Shown: positions 9,001 to 17,665 of the stretch, piece by piece | How the letters are laid out: each line of letters begins with the position of its first letter | How positions within the stretch are numbered: position 1 is the first letter of the stretch | Assembly (NCBI GenBank): GCA_963823945.1 | Contig: CAWGNK010000003.1 | Span: 5,732-69,731, forward strand | Length of the DNA: 64,000 nucleotides | Reading direction: 5' to 3' | Source: an uncultured Acidimicrobiaceae bacterium | GTDB lineage: Bacteria; Actinomycetota; Acidimicrobiia; Acidimicrobiales; Bog-793 | The notes under the pieces: generated by a model | Database searches by the model: none | Told to the model about the DNA's origin: nothing | The model's input: only the letters and a program-made list of their open reading frames with translations | Translations under genes and position numbers: made by a program

Positions 9001-12000
9001 CGACGTTGCCGTTGGCGTCCTCGACGTAGACGACCGGCTGGGTGGCGAAGTTCGTTCCCTCGGTCACGCCGCCGACCGGCTGGACGTCCCAGACCAGCTG
9101 GGTCGCCGTGCCGTAGGTGATGGAGACGGCTGACGACGCCGGGGCCGCCGTCAACGAGCCGTCGCTCGCCGTCAGGGTGTAGGTGCCGGCCGCCGCCGTG
9201 CCGGTGATCTGGCAGCCGGCGAAGGTGGCGACACCGGACGCGGCGCTGACCGTGAGGGCCGTGCAGCCGAGGGTGCCCTGGTTGGTTCCCCCGTTGCCGG
9301 CCGTGTAACCGTTGATCGCGAGCGTCACGCTGCTCGTGTCGCTGGTCACGACGTTGCCATAGGCGTCCTCGACGTAGATCTTGGGCTGGGTGGCGAAGTT
9401 CGTTCCCTCGGTCACGCCGCCGACCGGCTGGACATCCCAGACCAGCTTGGTCGCCGTGCTGGCTGTCACGGTGAACGCGCTGGAGTTGACCGCCGTCGTG
9501 ACCCCGCTGATGCCGCTCGGCGTGGCCGTGAAGGTGTAGCTACCCGCCGTGTCGACCACGAGGTTGGTGAAGTTCGCCACGCCGCTGCTCAACGTGATCG
9601 TGCTGGTCCCCGAGGTGAAGCTCGACTGTGGGCCCCCCGACTTGATGGACAGAACGACCGACCCCGTGGCCGCCGTCACGACGTTGCCGTTGGCGTCCTC
9701 GACCGACACCTCGACGTTCGGGATGACGGTGCCCGCCACGCCGGGACCGGGCGTCGCCGGGGTGAAGACAAGCTGGGTCGCCGCGCCGGCGATGACCGAG
9801 ACATTCGACGACGCCGGGGCCGCCGTCAGCGAGCCGTCGGTCGCCGTCAGCGTGTAGGTGCCGGCCGCCGCCGTGCCGGTGATCTTGCAGCCGGCGAAGG
9901 TGGCGACGCCGGCCGAGGCGGTGACCGTGAGGGCCGTGCAGCCGAGGGTGCCCGAGGTGGTTCCCCCGTTGCCGGCCGTGTAGCCGTTGATCGCCAGGGT
10001 CACGCTGCTCGCGTTGTTGGTCACGACGTTGCCGTTGGCGTCCTCGACGTAGACGACCGGCTGGGTGGCGAAGTTCGTTCCCTCGGTCACGCCGCCGACC
10101 GGCTGGACGTCCCAGACCAGCTGGGTCGCCGTGCCGTAGGTGATGGAGACGGCTGACGACGCCGGGGCCGCCGTCAACGAGCCGTCGCTCGCCGTCAGGG
10201 TGTAGGTGCCGGCCGCCGCCGTGCCGGTGATCTGGCAGCCGGCGAAGGTGGCGACACCGGACGCGGCGCTGACCGTGAGGGCCGTGCAGCCGAGGGTGCC
10301 CTGGTTGGTTCCCCCGTTGCCGGCCGTGTAGCCGTTGATCGCGAGCGTCACGCTGCTCGTGTCGCTGGTCACGACGTTGCCATAGGCGTCCTCGACGTAG
10401 ATCTTGGGCTGGGTGGCGAAGTTCGTTCCCTCGGTCACGCCGCCGACCGGCTGGACATCCCAGACCAGCTTGGTCGCCGTGCTGGCTGTCACGGTGAACG
10501 CGCTGGAGTTGACCGCCGTCGTGACCCCGCTGATGCCGCTCGGCGTGGCCGTGAAGGTGTAGCTACCCGCCGTGTCGACCACGAGGTTGGTGAAGTTCGC
10601 CACGCCGCTGCTCAACGTGATCGTGCTGGTCCCCGAGGTGAAGCTCGACTGTGGGCCCCCCGACTTGATGGACAGAACGACCGACCCCGTGGCCGCCGTC
10701 ACGACGTTGCCGTTGGCGTCCTCGACCGACACCTCGACGTTCGGGATGACGGTGCCCGCCACGCCGGGACCGGGCGTCGCCGGGGTGAAGACAAGCTGGG
10801 TCGCCGCGCCGGCGATGACCGAGACATTCGACGACGCCGGGGCCGCCGTCAGCGAGCCGTCGGTCGCAGTGAGCGTGTAGGTGCCGGCCGCCGCCGTCCC
10901 GGTGATCTTGCATCCGGCGAAGGTGGCGACGCCGGCCGAGGCGGTGACCGTGAGGGCCGTGCAGCCGAGGCTGCCCTGGTTGGTTCCCCCGTTGCCGGCC
11001 GTGTAGCCGTTGATCGCCAGGGTCACGCTGCTCGCGTTGTTGGTCACGACGTTGCCGTAGGCGTCCTCGACGTAGACGACCGGCTGGGTGGCGAAGTTCG
11101 TTCCCTCGGTCACGCCGCCGACCGGCTGGACGTCCCAGACCAGCTTGGTCGCCGTGCTGGCTGTCACGGTGAACGCGCTGGAGTTGACCGCCGTCGTGAC
11201 CCCGGCAATCCCGCTCGGCGTCGCAGTGAAGGTGTAGCTGCCCGCCGTGTCGACCACGAGGTTGGGGAACGTCGCCACGCCGCTGCTCAGCGGGATCGTG
11301 AGGGTCCCCGAGGTGAAGCTCGACTGCGGGCTCCCCGACTTGATCGACATGACAACAGACCCCGTGGCCGCCGTCACGACGTTGCCGTATGCATCCTCCA
11401 CCGACACCGCGACGTTCGGGATGGTGCTGCCCGCCGCGACGGGACCCGGACTGGCCGGGGTGAAGGCGAGCTGGGTCGCGGCAGCGGGCGTGACCGAGAT
11501 GCCCGGCTCGCTGCCTGTGATCGTCCCCGTCACCGTGTCGGTCGCGGTCAGGGTTTTCGCGCCACCCGCTACCGTCTTGAACGTCGCGCTGAAGGTGCCA
11601 ATCCCCGAGGTGAGCGTCGCGCTCGGCGGAAGAACGGCGGCCGCGTCATTGCTCGCCGTGATGCCGACCGTTCCCGCGTACCCGGTCGCCGTGTTGCCGT
11701 CGGCGTCGAGCGCCGTCACGGTGAAACTGTGACTCACCCCGGCGACCGTCGAGGTCGGGTAACCAGACACCGCCAACGCCGCCGCCGCTCCCGGCGTGAT
11801 ATTCACGGGGTTGACGTTGCTCGGCGCTGTCACCGTCGGGCTGGTGGCGCTGGAAGCCGTGAGCGTGTAGCCCGTCCCGACCTTGGTGATGGCGCAACCG
11901 GCGAAGCTCGCGACGCCGGCGGATGCCGTCGCCGTCAGGCCGCCCGTGCAGCTGAGCACGCCGCCGGCCGGGTTGTTGTTGATCGCGAGGGTGACCTGGT

Positions 12001-13294
12001 CGCTGCTGTCTGCCAGCACCGTGTTGCCATCGACATCCTGGATCGTCACCGCGATCGCGAAACTTCCCGTCCCGGCGGCCTGGATGTTCGACCCCGAGGC
12101 GGGCTGGGTCGTGAAAACGAGTCCCGCCGGGTTGCCCGCGGTGATGTTGAAGGAATTGGCATTTGTGGGCGCTTTCAGCGTCGGGCTGCTCGAGCTGGAA
12201 GCCGTGAGCGTGTAGCCGGTCCCGGTCTTCGTGATGGCGCAACCGGTGAAGCTCGCCACGCCGGCGGATGCCGTCGCCGTCAGGCCGCCTGTGCAGCTGA
12301 GCACACCGCCGCCCGGGTTGTTGTTGATCGCGAGGGTGACCTGGTCGCTGCTGTCGACAAGCACCGTGTTGCCATAGACGTCTTGGATCGCCACCGCGGC
12401 TGAGAAGCTGCCCGTTCCGGTGGCCTGGACGTTCGCCCCCGAGGCCGGTTGCGTGGAGAACGAGAGCCCGGAAGGGCTGCCCGCGGCGATGCTGAACGTG
12501 GCGCTCGTGGCCGTGGTCAGCGTGCCATCGGTCGCCGTGAGCGTGTAGCCCGTCCCTGCTGTCGTGAGGCTGCAGCCCGAGAAGGTGACGACGCCGTAGA
12601 ACTCGTTCCCCGCACACGTGGCCGACAGGGTTGCCCCGCTCGTCCCCGACCCCGCGGTGACCGTCAGGCTGACAGGGGAAAGGTCGGTCGTGACGATGTT
12701 GCCTGCGGCATCCTCGACGGCGACCACCGGCGGCGGCGAGAGGGCCGAGCCAGCGCTTACGCTACCGGGCTGCCCGATGAAGACCAGCTGCGTCGCCGCG
12801 CCCGGGACCGGGATTGGGTGGGCAAGGGGATCGTCGACGACGACGCTGATCTGGTAGACGGTCCCGTTATAGGTGACCGAGATGATGTCCAGCTGAGCCG
12901 CGTTGGGGACGCACGTCGTGCTGAACGTGGTGCCGTTCCAGTACTCCGCCGTGGAGACCTGCGCCGTGTAGCCACTCGGAAGGCTGAATTGCGACTGTGG
13001 CATCACGGCTCCGGGACAGGTGCCCCAGAACGAGCTCGATTGCTGCTGGAGCCAGGTGGTCGCCTCCTCGGCGGCACTTCTCAGTACGGTGTCGACTGTC
13101 GCCACGCTGCGGTAGTCGGACGAACCCCAGATCGACGTGCTGAACCCGAGCATGAGCGACGTCGACGCCAACCCGAGCACGAGCACCGCGACGATGACCT
13201 CGATGAGCGTGTCGCCGGCTGCCGACCTTCGGGAGGATGCACGGTCGTGTGGGCGAGCCTCACGCTCAACTAGAGGGTGAAGGTGTCGCCTCAT
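6002..13294 (-). CDS. giant type IV pilin-like (class III signal) protein with about 20 tandem Ig-like modules
   Basis: ORF track 6002..13345 (2447 aa). I prefer ATG 13294 (GAAGG lies 10 nt upstream); the alternative is GTG 13345. N-terminus ...RRSAAG|DTLIEVIVAVLVLGLASTSLMLGF has Gly-1, Glu+5 and a hydrophobic helix. Then about 150 aa of unique sequence, followed by 12 modules of WDVQPVGGVTEGT type, 4 of FTPA.PGP type and 4 divergent ones. Each is 100-115 aa with V.VEDA.GN.V and mostly a Cys pair. Confidence 0.85.
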   Translation of the reverse strand: MRRHLHPLVEREARPHDRASSRRSAAGDTLIEVIVAVLVLGLASTSLMLGFSTSIWGSSDYRSVATVDTVLRSAAEEATTWLQQQSSSFWGTCPGAVMPQSQFSLPSGYTAQVSTAEYWNGTTFSTTCVPNAAQLDIISVTYNGTVYQISVVVDDPLAHPIPVPGAATQLVFIGQPGSVSAGSALSPPPVVAVEDAAGNIVTTDLSPVSLTVTAGSGTSGATLSATCAGNEFYGVVTFSGCSLTTAGTGYTLTATDGTLTTATSATFSIAAGSPSGLSFSTQPASGANVQATGTGSFSAAVAIQDVYGNTVLVDSSDQVTLAINNNPGGGVLSCTGGLTATASAGVASFTGCAITKTGTGYTLTASSSSSPTLKAPTNANSFNITAGNPAGLVFTTQPASGSNIQAAGTGSFAIAVTIQDVDGNTVLADSSDQVTLAINNNPAGGVLSCTGGLTATASAGVASFAGCAITKVGTGYTLTASSATSPTVTAPSNVNPVNITPGAAAALAVSGYPTSTVAGVSHSFTVTALDADGNTATGYAGTVGITASNDAAAVLPPSATLTSGIGTFSATFKTVAGGAKTLTATDTVTGTITGSEPGISVTPAAATQLAFTPASPGPVAAGSTIPNVAVSVEDAYGNVVTAATGSVVMSIKSGSPQSSFTSGTLTIPLSSGVATFPNLVVDTAGSYTFTATPSGIAGVTTAVNSSAFTVTASTATKLVWDVQPVGGVTEGTNFATQPVVYVEDAYGNVVTNNASSVTLAINGYTAGNGGTNQGSLGCTALTVTASAGVATFAGCKITGTAAAGTYTLTATDGSLTAAPASSNVSVIAGAATQLVFTPATPGPGVAGTVIPNVEVSVEDANGNVVTAATGSVVLSIKSGGPQSSFTSGTSTITLSSGVANFTNLVVDTAGSYTFTATPSGISGVTTAVNSSAFTVTASTATKLVWDVQPVGGVTEGTNFATQPKIYVEDAYGNVVTSDTSSVTLAINGYTAGNGGTNQGTLGCTALTVSAASGVATFAGCQITGTAAAGTYTLTASDGSLTAAPASSAVSITYGTATQLVWDVQPVGGVTEGTNFATQPVVYVEDANGNVVTNNASSVTLAINGYTAGNGGTTSGTLGCTALTVTASAGVATFAGCKITGTAAAGTYTLTATDGSLTAAPASSNVSVIAGAATQLVFTPATPGPGVAGTVIPNVEVSVEDANGNVVTAATGSVVLSIKSGGPQSSFTSGTSTITLSSGVANFTNLVVDTAGSYTFTATPSGISGVTTAVNSSAFTVTASTATKLVWDVQPVGGVTEGTNFATQPKIYVEDAYGNVVTSDTSSVTLAINGYTAGNGGTNQGTLGCTALTVSAASGVATFAGCQITGTAAAGTYTLTASDGSLTAAPASSAVSITYGTATQLVWDVQPVGGVTEGTNFATQPVVYVEDANGNVVTNNASSVTLAINGYTAGNGGTTSGTLGCTALTVTASAGVATFAGCQITGTAAAGTYTLKATDGTLTAAPASSNVSVIAGTASKLAWDVQPVGGVTEGTNFATQPVIYVEDANGNVVTSDTSSVTLAINGYTAGNGGTTQGSLGCTALTVTAVAGVATFAGCQITGTAAAGTYTLKATDGSLTAAPASSSVSINYGTATKLAWDVQPVGGVTEGTSFGTQPKIYVEDANGNVVTNNASSVTLAISGYTAGNGGTNQGTLGCTALTVTASAGVATFAACQITGTAAAGTYTLTASDGSLTAAPASSAVSITYGTATKLAWDVQPVGGVTEGTNFATQPVIYVEDANGNVVTNNASSVTLAINGYTAGNGGTTQGTLGCTALTVTASSGVATFAGCQITGTAGAGTYTLKATDGSLTAAPASSNVSVIASTASKLVWDVQPVGGVTEGTNFATQPVIYVEDAYGNVVTSDTSSVTLAINGYTAGNGGTNQGSLGCTALTVTASAGVATFAGCQITGTAAAGTYTLKATDGSLTAAPASSAVSITYGTATKLAWDVQPVGGVTEGTNFATQPVVYVEDANGNVVTNNASSVTLALNGYTAGNGGTTSGTLGCTALTVTASAGVATFAACKITGTAAAGTYTLKATDGTLTAAPASSNVSVIAGTASKLAWDVQPVGGVTEGTNFATQPVIYVEDANGNVVTSDTSSVTLAINGYTAGNGGTTQGTLGCTALTVTAVAGVATFAGCQITGTAAAGTYTLKATDGSLTAAPASSSVSINYGTATKLGWDVQPVGGVTEGTSFATQPKIYVEDAYGNVVTNNTTVVTLALNGYTAGNGGTTEGTLGCTALAVTASAGVATFAACKITGTAADGSYTLTASDSSLTSAPASSAVSIIAGAASKLAFTPAAPGPGTHGSSIPNVAVSVEDANGNVVTTATGSVVISIKSGCPQTSFTSGTTTITLSSGVATFNNLVVTATGSYTFTATPSGISGVTTAVNSSAFTVS
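6030..11250 (-). repeat. coding tandem repeats (about 315-345 bp units) of the giant pilin-like gene
   Basis: Periodic protein modules are visible in the translation. Repeated antisense and alternate-frame ORFs in the track (6087, 9549, 10572 and 11247 on the plus strand; 6378..8867 on the minus strand) reflect the same DNA periodicity. Confidence 0.9.
8868..10867 (-). repeat. two near-identical direct copies with 1,023-bp period (8868-9844 and 9891-10867)
   Basis: Line-by-line comparison at offset 1023. The copies are identical except for one mismatch I found (9308 A vs 10331 G, synonymous). Plus-strand ORFs 9549..9857 and 10572..10880 have identical translations. A 341-aa protein block is repeated exactly. 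Confidence 0.9.
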
Positions 13295-13463
13295 GAAACT
13301 CGGCCTTCGGGTGCTGTGGTGACGGGCGGAACAGCCGACCCGCACCCAGAAACGGAAGCGCTGACCATCCGAGGTGTCTCGTCAGACGAAGAATCGTCAT
13401 CGCGGCACTCGACCCCGGCGCAGCCGCGAGCTCCGGGGGCGGATGAGAGGATCGTCGCGCGCG

Positions 13464-14897
13464 TCATGGCAGAAGCACACCCACGAATATCGCCTCGAGC
13501 CCGGCCCCGACCATGTCCACGGTCAGCGTCTTCGGCGACGGCACCTCCAACATGACGGTGCCCGTCTTGTCCGAACTGACCGATGCCGCACACTCGACCG
13601 AGTTCGTGCCGACCCCGGTCAATCCGGCCCCGGGACCCGGGTCGGCGCAGGCGTTGCCGATCTCGGAGGACGGGCTGTCGGGAAGCAGGCTGAACGCCTT
13701 GCCAGAGTCCGTCGTCCAGGTCAGCGACTCGCCGGCGTCCGTGGACTCGGCGTCTCCGGTCACGAGCTCCCAGCCCGTCGCCGCGTTGCCGTTCGAGTCC
13801 GTCAGCTCGATGTTCGTGATGTAGACGTACGAGGTGGAGCCTTCCTCGTTCTGGTAGAGCGCCGGGTTGCCGGCGATACCCGTGTAGAAACCGTTGTTGC
13901 CGAGAAAGGCCTCACTCGTGGGGGGGTCAAAGTAGGTCGGGATGGGGCACGCGGCGACCGCCGGGACGGTCGGTGCCGTCGCCGTCTCGCCGGGGCACAC
14001 GATGACCGAGCCGGTGGCCGGCGTCGTCGTCGTTCTGAGGCAGAACGACAGCGTGTACGGAGTGTTTGCGACGGCCGCCGTCATGTTCTGGCACGTGCCG
14101 TACTGCGCCTGTTGGCCGGCCGTCGCGTTGTTGTACTCGTTGAAGAGGAACTTGGTGAAGTCCACGAAGCACAGAGTCGAGGAGTAGGTGCCCGTCCCGG
14201 GTGTGGTGAATCCACAGCTCGTCGTGGTGGGGGCAGCCACGCCGGAGAGCTGACCCGAGGACGAGCTCGCCCTGGGGACCGCGAACAACGTGTACGGGTA
14301 GGAGCTTCCCGGTTCCGTGACCCCGAGGGTGACGCTCGTCACGCCCACCGCGGAGACCCAGCCGGAAGCCGCGGCGGTGGCCTTGCTGGTCGGGAGGACC
14401 GCAGGGGCTAGTTGACCCGAGGGGATGTCGTTGGAGACGGTGACGGAGGTCGTGGGGGTGGTGGACGCTCCCGCGGCGCAGTAGCGGCGCACCAGTGAGA
14501 AGCCCGTGCCGTTCGCGGTCTCGACGTAGGAAACGACGGACTGGTACTGACCGGTCTGCTGGTTCAGGTTCCATTCCAGCCCCAGCAGCTGGGTCCCCGT
14601 TCCGCACTGCGTCGCGGTGGCGCTCGTGGTGAGGTCGGACGCGCTTTCGACGTCCTGCTCGTAATAAGCGGAAACGGTCTGGGCGTCCGCCGCGTCGGAG
14701 ACCCTGCTCGCGACGTTGTGCTGGAGCGAGAGAAGCGCGAGGAGCGCGAGGGCAAGTCCGCCGACGATGATCGGGACGATCGCGGAGACGATGATCATCT
14801 CGATCAGCGTGAATCCATCCCCGTCCCGCGCGGGAGAAACCGTGGCGCGCCCGCACCGCAAGGCGCGGGCCACCCCTCCAGTCCGACGACCCCTCAC
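13464..14897 (-). CDS. large type IV pilin-like protein (477 aa) with prepilin leader
   Basis: N-terminus MRGRRTGGVARALRCGRATVSPARDGDG|FTLIEMIIVSAIVPIIVGGLALALLALL has the canonical G|FTLIE motif with Glu+5. The rest is Ser/Thr/Gly-rich and predicted extracellular. It lies immediately upstream of the giant gene on the same strand (118-nt gap). Confidence 0.85.
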   Translation of the reverse strand: MRGRRTGGVARALRCGRATVSPARDGDGFTLIEMIIVSAIVPIIVGGLALALLALLSLQHNVASRVSDAADAQTVSAYYEQDVESASDLTTSATATQCGTGTQLLGLEWNLNQQTGQYQSVVSYVETANGTGFSLVRRYCAAGASTTPTTSVTVSNDIPSGQLAPAVLPTSKATAAASGWVSAVGVTSVTLGVTEPGSSYPYTLFAVPRASSSSGQLSGVAAPTTTSCGFTTPGTGTYSSTLCFVDFTKFLFNEYNNATAGQQAQYGTCQNMTAAVANTPYTLSFCLRTTTTPATGSVIVCPGETATAPTVPAVAACPIPTYFDPPTSEAFLGNNGFYTGIAGNPALYQNEEGSTSYVYITNIELTDSNGNAATGWELVTGDAESTDAGESLTWTTDSGKAFSLLPDSPSSEIGNACADPGPGAGLTGVGTNSVECAASVSSDKTGTVMLEVPSPKTLTVDMVGAGLEAIFVGVLLP

Positions 14898-15364
14898 AGT
14901 TCCCTCACCTGATGCCGCTCGAACGACATGGTGGATGGGCCGAATTCTGCGACGACCGACGCGGCAGCCTCCCTGGCGGGGGCGTCGAGGTTGTCATTTC
15001 AGCCGGGTTCGCAAGTTCCTGCGCGCTCTCAGCGGGCTCAGAACCGTAGAACATGGCGGCCGCCTCAAAGGTATAGGTCGAACTTCACGTATTCTCAGCC
15101 GCCGATTCTACCTCGGTGCCACGAATCTCTTCGGCACAATTGGCGCCGCGACCTGGCGGATGATTCATCCTGGTCAGGAGTCGGCGAGACCGAGCCATCT
15201 CTGTCGCACAAACGCGTCATGCCTGTCGGAGTACGGCATGTGCCCTACTGCTCAACGATCGTCGGGATGCTCGAAGGCATTCGTCTGACGGCGCGACGCT
15301 TGACGTAGAGTTCCTCTCGGCGGAGCATTTGTCGAGAGATATTGGTTCCACGAAGGGCAAGGCC

Positions 15365-16873
15365 GTGAGAGGCATGCCAGAAGAGCCGTCGCACGCCAGC
15401 GGGTGTCGGCCTCGAGTCACCGCGCCCGCCCGGGCGGGGGACAAGCGCGGCGAAGCGGGTGCGATCCTCGTCCTGGCGCTCGTCTTTCTGCTCATCACAG
15501 TCATCATCGTCGGTTCCCTCGCCAGCGGGATCACGAACGACCTCAACAACTCCAATACGTTCAAGTCGGTCCGCTCGCTCCAGTACGCGGCGAGAAGCGC
15601 GACCGATCTGGCGATCCAGATGATCCGCTACACCCCCCTGCTGACGACGTCGGAAACCCTGAATGCGAGCCCGCCGAGCTACTGCTGGGGGAACGGCCCG
15701 GTTTCCGAGGTCACCAACATCGACGGCGTGCCCGCGATGGCCGTCTGGTGCAGCACGGCGTGGACGCCAACGAGTGCCGACACCCGGACCGTGACCTTCT
15801 CGACTTGCCCGGTCTCTGGGTCTGAGACGGCAACGCTGTGCGCGTCGCAGCCGCTGCTTCAGGCGGTGGTCTCCTTCGACGACTACCCCGCGGGCGTCAG
15901 CTCGCCGTCGACGGCGGAGTGTGTCGTCTACTGCGGCACGACAATGGCCGTGGACAGCTGGGTGTGGAATCCGGTGGTCCCGACGGTCTCCGCCATAAGC
16001 CCCTCGACGGGGCCGATCACCGGTGGCACGTCGGTGACGATCACCGGGACAGGCTTCGTGACTGGTACAACTGTCAACTTCATCGAGGAATCGGGCGGCA
16101 CCCCGGTCTCCGACAATGTGGTCCTCCCCGCCACGGGCGTGACGGTGAATGGACCGACATCGCTCACGGTCGCCGCGCCCGCCGCGACGGAGGGAACCAC
16201 CTACTTCGTCACCGTCACGACAGCGACGGGAAACAGTGCGTACAGCACCAGTGGCAATGACGTCTTCACCTATTCCCCGGTCGCGCCAACCATCACGGCA
16301 GTGAGTCCCGCTTCGGGGGGGATCGCAGGCGGCAATTCCGTGACGATCTCGGGGACCGGGTTCTACAGCGGCGCAACCGTCGACTTCGTGCAGGAGTCTG
16401 GTGGTTCTCCAGTGGTCGGTGGAGTGACCGCCGGTGCTACCTACGTGTCGGTGTCTGGGTCCACCACGATCACCGCCGTCTCGCCGGCGGTGACCTCGCC
16501 CGGAACCTACTTCGTCACCGTCGCGACGCCCGCGGGCACGACCCCCACCGGAGCCAATGATGTCTTCACCTATTCACTGCTGGTGCCCATCGTTTCCTCC
16601 ATCAGCCCATCGTCGGGCCCGATCGCGGGCGGTACGGCGGTGACGATCAGCGGGACCGGGTTCGTGAGCGGCGACACCGTCAGCTTCACCCCGGAATCCA
16701 ACTACAGCCCTGTCGGCAGCGCGATCGCGGCGACCGGGGTGACGGTCGTCGGGTCCTCCACGATCACGGTCACTTCGCCGGCCGTGGCCTCGACGGGAAC
16801 GTACTTCGTCACCGTCACCACTCCCGGCACGGGTATGAGCAGTTACTTCCCCATCTACACGTACTCGTCCTGA
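15365..16873 (+). CDS. PilX_N-like membrane-anchored protein with three C-terminal IPT/TIG domains
   Basis: ORF 15329..16873; start ambiguous (TTG 15329, GTG 15365, ATG 15374). KRGEAGAILVLALVFLLITVIIVGSLASG resembles the PilX N-terminal anchor. Three units of about 100 aa read ISPS.GPI.GGT.VTI.GTGF...TYFVTV...VFTYS. Confidence 0.8.
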   Translation: MRGMPEEPSHASGCRPRVTAPARAGDKRGEAGAILVLALVFLLITVIIVGSLASGITNDLNNSNTFKSVRSLQYAARSATDLAIQMIRYTPLLTTSETLNASPPSYCWGNGPVSEVTNIDGVPAMAVWCSTAWTPTSADTRTVTFSTCPVSGSETATLCASQPLLQAVVSFDDYPAGVSSPSTAECVVYCGTTMAVDSWVWNPVVPTVSAISPSTGPITGGTSVTITGTGFVTGTTVNFIEESGGTPVSDNVVLPATGVTVNGPTSLTVAAPAATEGTTYFVTVTTATGNSAYSTSGNDVFTYSPVAPTITAVSPASGGIAGGNSVTISGTGFYSGATVDFVQESGGSPVVGGVTAGATYVSVSGSTTITAVSPAVTSPGTYFVTVATPAGTTPTGANDVFTYSLLVPIVSSISPSSGPIAGGTAVTISGTGFVSGDTVSFTPESNYSPVGSAIAATGVTVVGSSTITVTSPAVASTGTYFVTVTTPGTGMSSYFPIYTYSS

Positions 16874-17024
16874 CCTCGCCCCTCCGCGTCGGTCAGTTCC
16901 GGACGGCTGGATGATTCGCCGGTCGGACCGCGCTGGCAAGCGGACCGCGCGTCGAAGGGGCAACCCGGGTCGACCACAGCGCCCGGCGTGCCGACCCCGC
17001 GAATCCGACGGTACCGTTCAGCAC

Positions 17025-17348
17025 ATGTTCGGTCGACCGCGCCTCGTCGAACGGACATGCTCGGCCTGCGGCGCGTCTCGGCTGCTGACTGGCCGACAGG
17101 CGCGACTTTCCGCCCGCCCGCCGCACCTCCGCATGCGGGGAACGGGCCTCTCCATGGGGATTTCGAACACCCGGGCCCCAGGCGAATTCGGCGCGGGCCT
17201 GGACCCGGCCGCCGACACCGAGGCGCTGTTCGCGACACGGGACCTCCTCCGCAACTGCCCCGTTTGCTCGTCTCGGGAGTTCGCGGATCACAGGGTCACG
17301 AGGAATAGGCCGGCCTCGGCCGACGCCTCCCGCGCGCTGTTGCCCTGA
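17025..17348 (+). CDS. possible small zinc-ribbon protein (107 aa)
   Basis: Internal ATG of ORF 16911..17348. Third-position G/C is about 85% by my reading. Two CxxC pairs (CSACG and CPVCS) about 70 aa apart. No SD seen. Confidence 0.35.
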   Translation: MFGRPRLVERTCSACGASRLLTGRQARLSARPPHLRMRGTGLSMGISNTRAPGEFGAGLDPAADTEALFATRDLLRNCPVCSSREFADHRVTRNRPASADASRALLP

Positions 17349-17439
17349 GCGAACGGCCGGCCGAGTCCGAAGTCTCTTGACAGGCGCGGGTCCCACCTCG
17401 GCGCGCCGCCGGTGCCGCGGCGACGCGGGCGTGCGGCCT

Positions 17440-17665
17440 GCTTTCAGGTACACGTCGAGGAACGAGATGAACCGCTGCCGCGCGTCCCGAGCCGAGGGCT
17501 CGTGGTGCCCCTAGGCCATGAACCTGGCCGTTTCGGAGAAGAGAGCGGCAAGACGGTCGTGCGCGCCCTCGTGGTCGTTGAGGAAGTCGTGCCCGGTGTC
17601 GGGAAACTCCTCTATTTCGTGGGACACATCGGCCGCGGCGAGTGCCCGCTCCAGCCGGCTGGCGG
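17440..17665 (-). pseudogene. remnant of the 3' end of a dienelactone-hydrolase-like gene with an in-frame stop
   Basis: Own translation: LERALAAADVSHEIEEFPDTGHDFLNDHEGAHDRLAALFSETARFMA*GHHEPSARDARQRFISFLDVYLK. It resembles the DLH C-terminus (YPGxGHxF ... DAWxRxxxFLxxxL). A TGA lies just upstream, a TAG is internal, and no N-terminal part is present. Confidence 0.35.

Noticed and set aside
6030-11250. The regular repeat array could have been a CRISPR locus
   Set aside because: The units are 315-345 bp (or 1,023 bp), not 25-40 bp. There are no unique spacers, the region is one continuous ORF, and no cas genes are present.
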